Origin: Smithellaceae bacterium
GTDB taxonomy: Bacteria; Desulfobacterota; Syntrophia; Syntrophales; Smithellaceae
Length of the DNA stretch: 64,000 nucleotides
Direction: 5' to 3'
NCBI GenBank assembly: GCA_963667845.2
Contig: CAXXVL010000002.1
Span: forward strand, 128,001 to 192,000
Below, piece by piece: positions 18,455-27,106 of the stretch. The notes beneath the pieces were generated by a model. The model searched no databases, had not been told where the DNA came from, and saw only the letters and a program-made list of their open reading frames with translations. A program made the translations under genes and the position numbers. The first letter of the stretch is position 1, and every line of letters starts with the position of its first letter.

Positions 18455-19608
18455 CCGATCCTCCTCAAGCCATCGGCGATGCGAATGCGGATGGCGTGCC
18501 GCGTCGGGATAATCGCCGCGAGGAATGCGATGAGAAACGCGGCCGCCAGATCCAGATAAAGTGTATCGCGGGAGACCAGAAACACGGGGAAATATGTGGA
18601 GAGCTGCTGGCCGAAGATACGGGCCGCGGGAAACGTCAGAATCATGCCGACCGCCGCGCCCGTGAACGTGAGCACCAGCGCCTCGCCGAAGATCAAAAAG
18701 GAGATATCGCGTGCGCCGAAACCCAGCGTTTTCATGATTGCATAATCGCCGGTGCGTTCGCGCGTCGTCATCGCCATCGTGTTGGCGACAACGGCCATGA
18801 TGATGAGAATGATAATGAACGACACCATTTGAATCGCCGTGACGATCGCCTCACTCATGGCGATGAAGCCCAGGTTAAAGGCCTTTTCCGTTTCCGTGAG
18901 CGTTTCGGCCTGTGAGTTCTTGAACATATTATCAATGGCCAGAGCCGTATCGGCCGCAATATCGGGCCTCGTTAAACCGATCATGTAGAAGCCGACTTTG
19001 TCGGCAAAGACGGGAGCTATCTTTTTGACCGCTTCATTCAGATAGGCCCATTGAAAGAAGAATTGCGTTTCATCGGCCGTTCGGTCGCGCCCGTGGTAGA
19101 TGCCCCTGAGAACAAAATCCCAGTTGCCCGGATAGATCGTACCCTTGAGCGTAATCGTATCGCCGATTTTCCAGCCATACTTCGCCGCCAGCTTCCGGCC
19201 GGCGACGGCCCCTTTGCGGTCGAACAGAAACGCCTTCTTTTCTTTCTCATTCAGGACAAATTCGGGATAAAGGTTAAAATACGTTGTCGGCTCGACGCAG
19301 AAATTGGGGAAGAAATTTTTTTCATCGATATAGACGCCGCCGAACCAGTTGCCCCAGGAAACGATTTTGACGCCGTCCACCTGACGGATCTTTTCCGCAT
19401 AGGAAATCGGCAGCGCAAAAATTATGGATATGGCATTGCGCGTCACCAGACGAGAAGCCGATGCCGCTTCCGCCCCGGCGTAGAAAGAGCTGATGACCGT
19501 GCGCAACAGGCCAAAGGCCAGGATGGCCACCGCGATACCCAGAATCGTGAGCCCGCTACGCAGTTTATTGTGGAAGGCGTTTCTAAAGAGGATTTTGATC
19601 AGCAGCAT
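18451..19608 (-). CDS. ABC exporter permease (MacB/FtsX family)
   Basis: FRNAFHNKLRSGLT and RERTGDYAIMKTLGF. Start at ATG 19608 (MLLIKIL). Confidence 0.9.
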   Translation of the reverse strand: MLLIKILFRNAFHNKLRSGLTILGIAVAILAFGLLRTVISSFYAGAEAASASRLVTRNAISIIFALPISYAEKIRQVDGVKIVSWGNWFGGVYIDEKNFFPNFCVEPTTYFNLYPEFVLNEKEKKAFLFDRKGAVAGRKLAAKYGWKIGDTITLKGTIYPGNWDFVLRGIYHGRDRTADETQFFFQWAYLNEAVKKIAPVFADKVGFYMIGLTRPDIAADTALAIDNMFKNSQAETLTETEKAFNLGFIAMSEAIVTAIQMVSFIIILIIMAVVANTMAMTTRERTGDYAIMKTLGFGARDISFLIFGEALVLTFTGAAVGMILTFPAARIFGQQLSTYFPVFLVSRDTLYLDLAAAFLIAFLAAIIPTRHAIRIRIADGLRRIG

Positions 19609-20293
19609 CGTTGAGATACCCTTTGTCCAGATGGCGCAATACTTTGGCACGCTGCGCCGCGCGCGGATCATGCGTAACCATAATGATCGTTTTGCCCATA
19701 TCGCGGTTCAGCCGTTCCATCATGGAAAGGATCTCTTCGGCGGAAACGCGGTCGAGGTCGCCTGTCGGTTCATCGGCCACCAGGATCGTCGGGTCGGTCA
19801 CAATCGCGCGGGCAATGGCCACACGCTGCTGCTCGCCGCCGGACATCTCGCTCGGGTAGTGATCCATCCGGTGCGCGAGGCCCACCATGGAAAGTGCCAT
19901 TTCCGCGTGCTCGTGGCGTTTGTTTTTAGGCAGGGTGGTGAGATGCAGCGGCAGTTCGACATTTTCCACGGCTTTGAGCACGGGGATCAGGTTGTAGAAC
20001 TGAAAAATAAACCCGACGGAATTCGCGCGCCACCCCGCAAGTTCAGTTTCCGTGAGCGTCGTGATATCGATGTCGCCGACATGGATGGAACCCTGATCCA
20101 CTTTATCGATGCCGGCAATAAGATTCAAAAGCGTTGTCTTCCCGGAGCCGGAGGGCCCCATGAGCGCCAGGAACTCTCCTTCGGCAATGTCAAAGGTGAT
20201 ATCATATAAAACAGGCACCACCAGACTTTCCCGGTGATAGCTTTTGAAGACATTCTTGATTTCAACAATCGGTTTCTTTTGTTCAGTCATCAT
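19583..20293 (-). CDS. ABC transporter ATP-binding protein (LolD/MacB-type)
   Basis: GPSGSGKT, MSGGEQQRVAIARA, ADEPTG, VTHD. Confidence 0.95.
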   Translation of the reverse strand: MMTEQKKPIVEIKNVFKSYHRESLVVPVLYDITFDIAEGEFLALMGPSGSGKTTLLNLIAGIDKVDQGSIHVGDIDITTLTETELAGWRANSVGFIFQFYNLIPVLKAVENVELPLHLTTLPKNKRHEHAEMALSMVGLAHRMDHYPSEMSGGEQQRVAIARAIVTDPTILVADEPTGDLDRVSAEEILSMMERLNRDMGKTIIMVTHDPRAAQRAKVLRHLDKGYLNDAADQNPL

Positions 20294-20333
20294 TTATCAC
20301 TATCCGCTATCACTATCCACCATCCACAATTTT

Positions 20334-21557
20334 TCATCTTTCCGCAATCTTGATCTTCGCCCCGTCTTTCAGGCCCTGGGGTTTCAGCACGACGCGGTCG
20401 CCCGGTTTCAAACCAGCCGTGACCTCCAGCATGTCGCCCAGTTTGACTCCGGTGGTAATCGCCGTCTCGCGGACAATGCCGCCCTGGATAAGATAGACGA
20501 TTTGTTTATCTCGCAGGCTCGCAAGCGCGGCTCCGTTTACGGCCAGCCGGGGCTGCAGCTCTTCGGGTTTGAGTTCGCGCGACAGGAAAGCCACCTTGGC
20601 ACTCATGTCCGGCAGCATACGTGCGTCTTTGTCCAGAAATTTCACTTTGACCAGAACGGTCGCCTTCGAGCGGTCCACGGTGGGAACGACGGCGTGCACG
20701 ACGCCGCGGAAGCGCTTTTCGGGCAAGGCATCGAGTTGAATGCTGCAGGGCTGACCGGCTTTGATGAGCGTAATGCTGGTTTCCGAAACGTCCACTTCCA
20801 CCTGCAGCGATTCCATATCCGCCAGCGTGACGACGGCGGCCTTCGATGTCGCCGACGCGGAAAGCGGCGTGACAATGTCACCCACATCGGCATTTTTGGT
20901 CAGCACGACGCCGTCAAACGGCGCCCGGATCAATGTATAATCGAGGTTGGCTTCGGCGCCCGAAAGAGCGGAGGCCGTTGATTCCACGGCCGCCTGCGCC
21001 GCTTTCACGGCTTCCTGCGATCGCAGATAGCGGGTATGTATCGTGTCGTATTCCTGCTGAGACACATAACCGCCGGCAATCAGTTTTTGGTAACGCTCAT
21101 TCTCCTTCTGGAGATTGTTCCGCTCCGCCATGGCCTGCTTGAGCATTGCCCTGGCGTTGGCCAGATTGGCCGTGACCTGGCCTTTCATGGCGGTAACATC
21201 GGCGCTTTCCATTCGCGCCAGGATTTGCCCTTTTTTTACCAGGCTGCCCTCTTCAACCATTAAATCGGTCAAACGGCCGGTAATTTTTGAAGCGACGGCA
21301 GCTTTGCGCTGAGCAACGATATAGCCGCTGGCATTCAGCACGGACAGAGACTGTGCCGGATAAACGAGCGACACGGTCGTCACGTCCACTGTCGCTGTCG
21401 GCGCAATGACGCCGATCCGATACAGAATGACCCCCAGGACCAGCAAAACAACCAGGCCGGCAATGATCAACGGCTTCTTTTTCCTTCCGGCCGTAACGCT
21501 TTTCTTGGCCGCTTTATCGATTTTGAGCTTGTTTAAATCGTCTTCGGGCATATTCAT
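20334..21557 (-). CDS. Efflux periplasmic adaptor (MFP / MacA-like)
   Basis: N-terminal TM, VEEGSLVKKGQILA lipoyl half, coiled coil, IRAPFDG, GLKPGDRVV. Start uncertain (21551-21563). Confidence 0.9.
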   Translation of the reverse strand: MNMPEDDLNKLKIDKAAKKSVTAGRKKKPLIIAGLVVLLVLGVILYRIGVIAPTATVDVTTVSLVYPAQSLSVLNASGYIVAQRKAAVASKITGRLTDLMVEEGSLVKKGQILARMESADVTAMKGQVTANLANARAMLKQAMAERNNLQKENERYQKLIAGGYVSQQEYDTIHTRYLRSQEAVKAAQAAVESTASALSGAEANLDYTLIRAPFDGVVLTKNADVGDIVTPLSASATSKAAVVTLADMESLQVEVDVSETSITLIKAGQPCSIQLDALPEKRFRGVVHAVVPTVDRSKATVLVKVKFLDKDARMLPDMSAKVAFLSRELKPEELQPRLAVNGAALASLRDKQIVYLIQGGIVRETAITTGVKLGDMLEVTAGLKPGDRVVLKPQGLKDGAKIKIAER

Positions 21558-22032
21558 TCTCACTTCAGGATGGTTAGAATTACGGGGTTAAACAATATCA
21601 GAACTCTATTTAATTTACCACATGGATAAAAGAGACGGCGCGGCGGTTTGTCCGGTTGGCCGCGGGAAACATCCGACGCATAAGCCGCACTTCGGCTTGG
21701 ACCGGGAAAATACCCGTTCCAGAGTAACCGAGCTCGAAATCCTTCATGTTTCTTTTAATCCTTAACTTTATACCGCCATATTTCAATAATCAGCAGAATT
21801 CTATGTCCTGGCGTGGCGATTTATCTGACAGCAGAAGTATAAGGAGCAATCCTTATTTTAGCAAGAGCGTCCTCTTTGGGGCAGGTATGACGCAGAAAGA
21901 TGCAAGTCAGGTTCCCTTCTATCTATCCCCGTTTCGCAAAACTGAAAGACCGGCTTCTTCTTTATCCGGGGCTTTTCCCTCTCCCCGCGGCAAGCGAGCC
22001 TGATGGGGTGATTCTTCATGATTTTTACCGCC

Positions 22033-22061
22033 TTGACAAGAACCGGACGGCTCGCTAAAGT
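22033..22061 (+). promoter_or_regulatory. Putative sigma70 promoter of the DUF3141 gene
   Basis: TTGACA-17 nt-TAAAGT. Confidence 0.6.
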
Positions 22062-22105
22062 ACTGAAAATAATTATCGATCGTTAACAGATTAAGGAGAA
22101 GAGGA

Positions 22106-24259
22106 ATGAATGCGCAAAACGGTAACGAGCAGACTGACCGCTTATCCGGCTTACAGAAATACTGGAATGACTACCTCACGGATTCCGTTCAGAGGTCGAT
22201 TATCTTTACCGACATCCTCCGCAAGCGAGGGAATAACTACATCAAACATATCCGCAGCGGCCAGCCGCCGGTCCTGACATTCAACTACGAGCTGATCCTC
22301 AATGCCAAGAATTTTGAGCGCCCGGCCAATTACGCGCTCGTCCGGATTTCCGACCGCCGCAAACGGGACGTCACGCCCGACAATGATCGTCGCAACAAAA
22401 GCAAGGATCGTCCGACAAAACCCAAGCGGCCCATTGTGATCGTTGACCCGCGCGCCGGACACGGCCCCGGCATCGGCGGCTCCAAGCGCGATTCCGAAAT
22501 CGGCATGGCGCTCGAACACGGCCATCCGGTTTATTTCATCCTGTTTTATACCGAACCGATTCCCGGCCAGACGATGGCGGATGTCATCGGGGCCATGGAA
22601 AGATTTATGGAAAAGATCGTTGAACTTCACCCTTATGCGGATGCCCCCGCCATCATGGGCAACTGTCAGGCAGGGTGGGCCGCGGCGCTGGTGTGCGCCG
22701 ACCGGCCCGATGTAGCCGGGCCGCTGGTCTTAAACGGCGCGCCCCTGTCCTACTGGAGCGGCGTCGCGGGCGTCAATCCCATGCGCTACAAGGGAGGACT
22801 CGCGGGCGGTGTGTGGATCAATTCGTTTTTCAGCGACCTGGGCAACGGCGTCTTCGACGGCGCGAATCTCGTTCTGAACTTTGAGCTTCTGAATCCGGCC
22901 AATACGTTCTGGGGCAAGCAGTACAACGTTTATACGCAGGTGGACACGGAAGAGAAACGCTATCTCGACTTTGAGCGCTGGTGGGGCGGTTTCTTCATGC
23001 TCAACACCGATGAAATTCACTTTATCGTCCGGAATTTGTTCGTGGGGAATAAACTGGAGCGGGGTCAGCTGGAGCTTCGTGAAGGCGAAAGAATCAGCCT
23101 CAAAAATATTGAAAGCCCGATCATCGTTTTCGCGTCGATGGGCGACAACATCACCCCGGCCCAGCAGGCTCTCAACTGGATTCCCCGCGTTTACAGTTCC
23201 ATAGATGATATCAAGCGGCACGGACAGGTCATCATCTACATCATCCACAAAGACATCGGCCATCTCGGAATTTTTGTCGCGGGTTCCGTCGCCAAGAAAG
23301 AGCACAATCAAATTATCGGCAATTTCGACATGATCGATTTCCTGCAGCCGGGTCTCTACGAAATGGTTATCGACGGCGACGTCAAGAGCGGCAAGTTCGA
23401 CACGTCGTTCGAACCGCGGACGTTCGACGCCATTGCCGCGTACGACGACGGAACGGAGGATGAGACGGATTTCAGCGTCGTCTCCAAGGTCTCTGAAGCC
23501 AACGACAGTTTGTACCAGCTCGTGGCGCGGCCGTGGGTAAAGCTCTGGACAACGGAGCTTTCCGCCGAGATCATGCGTTACCTGCATCCCCTGCGCACCC
23601 AGCGGTACTTCTTCGCCGATATCAACCCGCTGATGCGTCCGCTCAAAAATATCGCCTCCATCACGAGGCAGAACCGCAGACCCGCCGGGGCGGACAACCC
23701 TTTCAGCGCTATGGAGAAAGACGTCTCCGGGTACATCGAAAATGTGCTCGGTATTTACCGCGATTACCGCGACCTCACTCAGGAGCTCCTGTTCCAGCAG
23801 ATCTACGGCAATGATTGGCTGCGGCGTTTCTTTCCTCCTCAGCCCCAAGAGCCGCCTGAAGAAACCCCTGCCGATGAGCACGATGACTACGACAAACGCC
23901 TGCGCGCCATCGAAGAAGGAGGGCTCGCCGCCGGTCTCATTCGCGTGTACATGGCCATCGCCAAAATCGGCCGGCAGGTCAAAAGGGCGCATTTTGAAAT
24001 CGGTGAAGAAATCGCCCAGACGCACCGGGTTCTGAGCAAGCTGCGCCCGGCCCAGTTCAAGAAGATCATGCATGAACAGACGGCCATTTTGCAGGCCGAT
24101 GAAGACCGGGCCATTAACGCCCTGTCTGTACTGATCAAGGAAAAGGACGATAGGATGGAGGCTCTGAGCATCGCGCGCAGGCTCTGTCTGGTGGACGGGG
24201 TTTATACGGATGATGAGAAAGCCATGGTGGAAAAGATCCGGAAAGGTCTGAATCTGTAA
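22106..24259 (+). CDS. DUF3141 family alpha/beta hydrolase (PHA synthase/depolymerase-related)
   Basis: DPRAGHGPGIGG, GNCQAGW, GAPLSYW, FERWWGG, GDNITP, GHLGIF; TerB-like C-terminus. Confidence 0.85.
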   Translation: MNAQNGNEQTDRLSGLQKYWNDYLTDSVQRSIIFTDILRKRGNNYIKHIRSGQPPVLTFNYELILNAKNFERPANYALVRISDRRKRDVTPDNDRRNKSKDRPTKPKRPIVIVDPRAGHGPGIGGSKRDSEIGMALEHGHPVYFILFYTEPIPGQTMADVIGAMERFMEKIVELHPYADAPAIMGNCQAGWAAALVCADRPDVAGPLVLNGAPLSYWSGVAGVNPMRYKGGLAGGVWINSFFSDLGNGVFDGANLVLNFELLNPANTFWGKQYNVYTQVDTEEKRYLDFERWWGGFFMLNTDEIHFIVRNLFVGNKLERGQLELREGERISLKNIESPIIVFASMGDNITPAQQALNWIPRVYSSIDDIKRHGQVIIYIIHKDIGHLGIFVAGSVAKKEHNQIIGNFDMIDFLQPGLYEMVIDGDVKSGKFDTSFEPRTFDAIAAYDDGTEDETDFSVVSKVSEANDSLYQLVARPWVKLWTTELSAEIMRYLHPLRTQRYFFADINPLMRPLKNIASITRQNRRPAGADNPFSAMEKDVSGYIENVLGIYRDYRDLTQELLFQQIYGNDWLRRFFPPQPQEPPEETPADEHDDYDKRLRAIEEGGLAAGLIRVYMAIAKIGRQVKRAHFEIGEEIAQTHRVLSKLRPAQFKKIMHEQTAILQADEDRAINALSVLIKEKDDRMEALSIARRLCLVDGVYTDDEKAMVEKIRKGLNL

Positions 24260-24264
24260 CCTGT

Positions 24265-24362
24265 AATCAACCACCTCGCAGCAAGCTGTCGAGGTATGAA
24301 ATGAACGTTATTATTTCGCAGCAAGCTGCGGAGAATTGACGTTCGTCCCGCGTGAGTGGGAT
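24265..24362. repeat. Short hairpin-ended repeat, family B (possible non-autonomous IS200/IS605-type element)
   Basis: AATCAACCACC...two CGCAGCAAGCTG hairpins...GTCCCGCGTG; closely similar to 59592-59689. Confidence 0.75.
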
Positions 24363-24463
24363 ATATAAAAGAAACGGACTTAATGTCCGACCGGCTGATC
24401 CCTGCTGACGATCTTAAGTGAACCCTTCTTCGCAAAGCCGCTGCTCTCACCGCCGCGAAGGTG

Positions 24464-25468
24464 TTACGGGTCGAGAACGTGTTTTTTTGTCAGGTATTTC
24501 GGTATTTCGGCAATCTCTGACGCCTTGCCCGCCCTCAGAAGATGCCCCGGCAGGGAACGACCGGCCATCTTTTCGGCAAGCCTCACGCAGTCCAGCAATT
24601 TGTCCAGGTCGATGCCCGTCTTGATGCCCATTTCCTCAAACAGGTGAACCAGGTCTTCGGTCGGCACATTCCAGTAGCCGTAGTCCAGTTCGCCCACGCC
24701 GTAAGGGGTCGCACTCATGCCGCCAAGCGACGTGTCGAAAATGCGGACGCCCGCCTCGTAGGCGGCAATGCAGTTGGCAATGGCCGCGCCGCGGGTGTTG
24801 TGGAAATGAACGGCCAGATTGATATCGAGCTGTAAATCGAGCAGGGTGCCCAGCGTTGACTTGACGAGCCTCGGATTGGCCATGCCCGTGGAATCAACGA
24901 GCACAATTTCGGACGCTCCCATGTAAACGAGTTTGAGCAGCAACTGCGCGACGTCATCTACGCTGACCCGGCCCGTGTAAGGGCAGCCGAACGCGGTCAT
25001 GATATAGACGCGGATGCTGCGCGCGTTTTTCGTGGCCGCATCCAGAATGGTGGGCAGCATCTTATTGAGGCTTTCCTTGAGGGACCGGCCGATATTCAAT
25101 CTGTTGAAGGTGTCACTGGCCGCAAGGACGATCAATATCTCGTCGATCTCAGTGACCAGAGCCCGGCGGCAGCCGATTTCATTCGGTACAAGCCCCACAT
25201 AAGTTACCCCGGTTCTTTTGGTGATTCCGGAAACGAGTTTTTCGGCGTCATACCCTTCCGGCATCAGGCGGGGATGAGTGAAGGAGGCGCATTCAATCTT
25301 CTGCAGACCGGTATCCGACAGTTTGTTGATATATTTTATCTTATCGGCGGTTGATAATGTGTGACAGACCTCAGGCAGGCCGTCGCGCGGCGATACTTCC
25401 ACAATCTTGACCTGGTCATCTTTCTTCCTTACGGCCTTAGCCGCCTGCGACTCACCGTTCGACATCAT
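24464..25468 (-). CDS. HMG-CoA lyase-like DRE-TIM protein, copy 1 (non-canonical active site)
   Basis: VKIVEVSPRDGL, IECASF, AFGCPY, AVHFHNTRG, NVPTEDLV; GLGGCPY is replaced by GMSATPY. Confidence 0.85.
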   Translation of the reverse strand: MMSNGESQAAKAVRKKDDQVKIVEVSPRDGLPEVCHTLSTADKIKYINKLSDTGLQKIECASFTHPRLMPEGYDAEKLVSGITKRTGVTYVGLVPNEIGCRRALVTEIDEILIVLAASDTFNRLNIGRSLKESLNKMLPTILDAATKNARSIRVYIMTAFGCPYTGRVSVDDVAQLLLKLVYMGASEIVLVDSTGMANPRLVKSTLGTLLDLQLDINLAVHFHNTRGAAIANCIAAYEAGVRIFDTSLGGMSATPYGVGELDYGYWNVPTEDLVHLFEEMGIKTGIDLDKLLDCVRLAEKMAGRSLPGHLLRAGKASEIAEIPKYLTKKHVLDP

Positions 25469-25532
25469 CTTTCCCGCTCCGAAATAAAATTTTCATGAAC
25501 GAATGCCCGGCATCCCGGACAAAGCGCCCGCC

Positions 25533-26591
25533 TTAATCCAAACCATATTCCTTCAGTTTCAAATAAAAGGTCCGCCGGCTGATCCCCAGAATTTTAATGG
25601 CCTCCGATTTATTGGGAGCGGCGGCCAGGACCTCGCTGATGAACTTGCGTTCCAAATCCCGGACGGCTTGGGTGAGATTATAGGACGTCTGTCCCGAAAG
25701 GGGGACCGGTGCAGCCAGCCGTTCCGAAACGGTCTGGCCGGAAAAAAGGAAATTCGGCAATGAACCGGTATCAATCACCGGCGACTGCGTCATGTTCACC
25801 GCATAGCTGACGACGCCCTTTAATTCCCGGACGTTTCCCGGCCAGTGATACGCACAGAGCATATTGAAGGCAGCCGGCGAAAACCGGTATTTCTGTTTCA
25901 GCGCGACACCGTTGAGTTTTAAGAAATAATCCATCAGAAGCTCAATGTCCTCCCGCCGCTCGCGGAGCGGCGGCAGCTGAATGGTGAAAGCGTTCAGACG
26001 GAAGAACAAATCATCGCGGAATTTTTTCTGTTCGATAAGCTCCGCCAGATCCTGATTGGTCGAAGAAATGACCCGCACATTCACTTTGATGTTCTTTGTC
26101 CCGCCGACGCGTTTGAACGTGCCGGATTCCAGGACGCGCAATAATTTGGCCTGCACGGAAAGAGACGAATCGCCGATTTCATCAAGCAGGATCGTCCCGT
26201 CGTGCGCCTCGTCGAAATAGCCATGGCGTCCTTCAGTTCGCGCGCCGGTGAAGGCCCCTTTCTCATAGCCGAAAAGTTCGCTTTCGATGAGGCTGTCGGG
26301 AATGGCGGCGCAGTTGACATCCACCAGCGGCTTGTCCCGGCGGTTGCTTGTCTGATGGATGGCGCGGGCGAGAATTTCTTTGCCCGTGCCGCTTTCTCCG
26401 ATAATGAGGACGGAGATATCCGATTTTGCCGCCCGTTGGGCAGTGACCAGAGCCTTGCGAAACGACGGATCGGCGCCGACGAGCTCGTCGAAAGCCGTCC
26501 CCAGTTTTTCCGCCTGGAATGTCTCGTTAGCACCCTGCGGATGGGGACCGCCTGCCGCTGCGTCGGTTTTGGGTTTGTTTTTCCCGGCCAT
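25533..26591 (-). CDS. Sigma54 enhancer-binding protein lacking an N-terminal sensor domain
   Basis: GESGTGKE, ESELFGYEKGAFTGA, LLDEIG, WPGNVREL, C-terminal Fis-type HTH; only about 33 aa precede the AAA+ domain. Confidence 0.95.
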   Translation of the reverse strand: MAGKNKPKTDAAAGGPHPQGANETFQAEKLGTAFDELVGADPSFRKALVTAQRAAKSDISVLIIGESGTGKEILARAIHQTSNRRDKPLVDVNCAAIPDSLIESELFGYEKGAFTGARTEGRHGYFDEAHDGTILLDEIGDSSLSVQAKLLRVLESGTFKRVGGTKNIKVNVRVISSTNQDLAELIEQKKFRDDLFFRLNAFTIQLPPLRERREDIELLMDYFLKLNGVALKQKYRFSPAAFNMLCAYHWPGNVRELKGVVSYAVNMTQSPVIDTGSLPNFLFSGQTVSERLAAPVPLSGQTSYNLTQAVRDLERKFISEVLAAAPNKSEAIKILGISRRTFYLKLKEYGLD

Positions 26592-26612
26592 GATTATTCC
26601 CTGTCAGATGAT

Positions 26613-26660
26613 TGTTTATAAAATATACTTATTCTTGATATTTTGTATATAATAAATACA
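26613..26660. promoter_or_regulatory. Tandem enhancer (UAS) sites TGTTTATAAAATATACT and TGTATATAATAAATACA
   Basis: TGT-N11-ACA-type dyad repeated at 55855-55903 and 59222-59238; overlaps a minus-strand TTGACA-17-TACAAA promoter-like element (26642-26670). Confidence 0.75.
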
Positions 26661-26802
26661 TCTCTGTCAAATATAATTTTGAATGGGCAGGCCTCACGGC
26701 AGCGCGTTGGGCGGTTCAACGGCAATAATATCATGAAGAACCGGCGTCGGATACCACGTCCAATCCCTTGCGTTTGGATTCCGAAAATTACAAAATAACT
26801 GC

Positions 26803-26818
26803 TGGTACAGTATTTGCT
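26803..26818 (+). promoter_or_regulatory. Sigma54 -24/-12 promoter of the beta-oxidation operon
   Basis: TGGTACAGTATTTGCT (GG-N10-GC). Confidence 0.75.
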
Positions 26819-27106
26819 GTAATGGGCGAAGTAAGGAGGATTTTAAAAGAAGGATATTATCCCTTCTTTACCGCGAGATATAGCTTCCCCGCGCAAGGTA
26901 TCCTCCTGCAAGAATATCCCTGCGGTTACTATAATCGGTTGATTTGCCAAGTTTAACCGGGTAGAAATATTTGGCCCGATTTATCCTATGGTTCCGCCCC
27001 TGTCACCTGGTCAGCGAGCCCTGGTGCCGTGGGAATGATAATGATACTGAAGCTGGCAGTCAATTTTCTGATCACACTTAAAATACATTAAAGGAGATAA
27101 AATCTT

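Noticed and set aside
21600..21760. Possible 45-aa minus-strand ORF upstream of the efflux operon, and a 41-aa one near 55710-55835
   Set aside because: No recognisable similarity or coding evidence beyond a weak RBS.
22730..24274. Long antisense ORFs (514 aa here; also 3398-4540, 51935-52945, 59689-61230, 62352-63380)
   Set aside because: They shadow well-supported genes on the opposite strand in GC-rich DNA and have no recognisable motifs.
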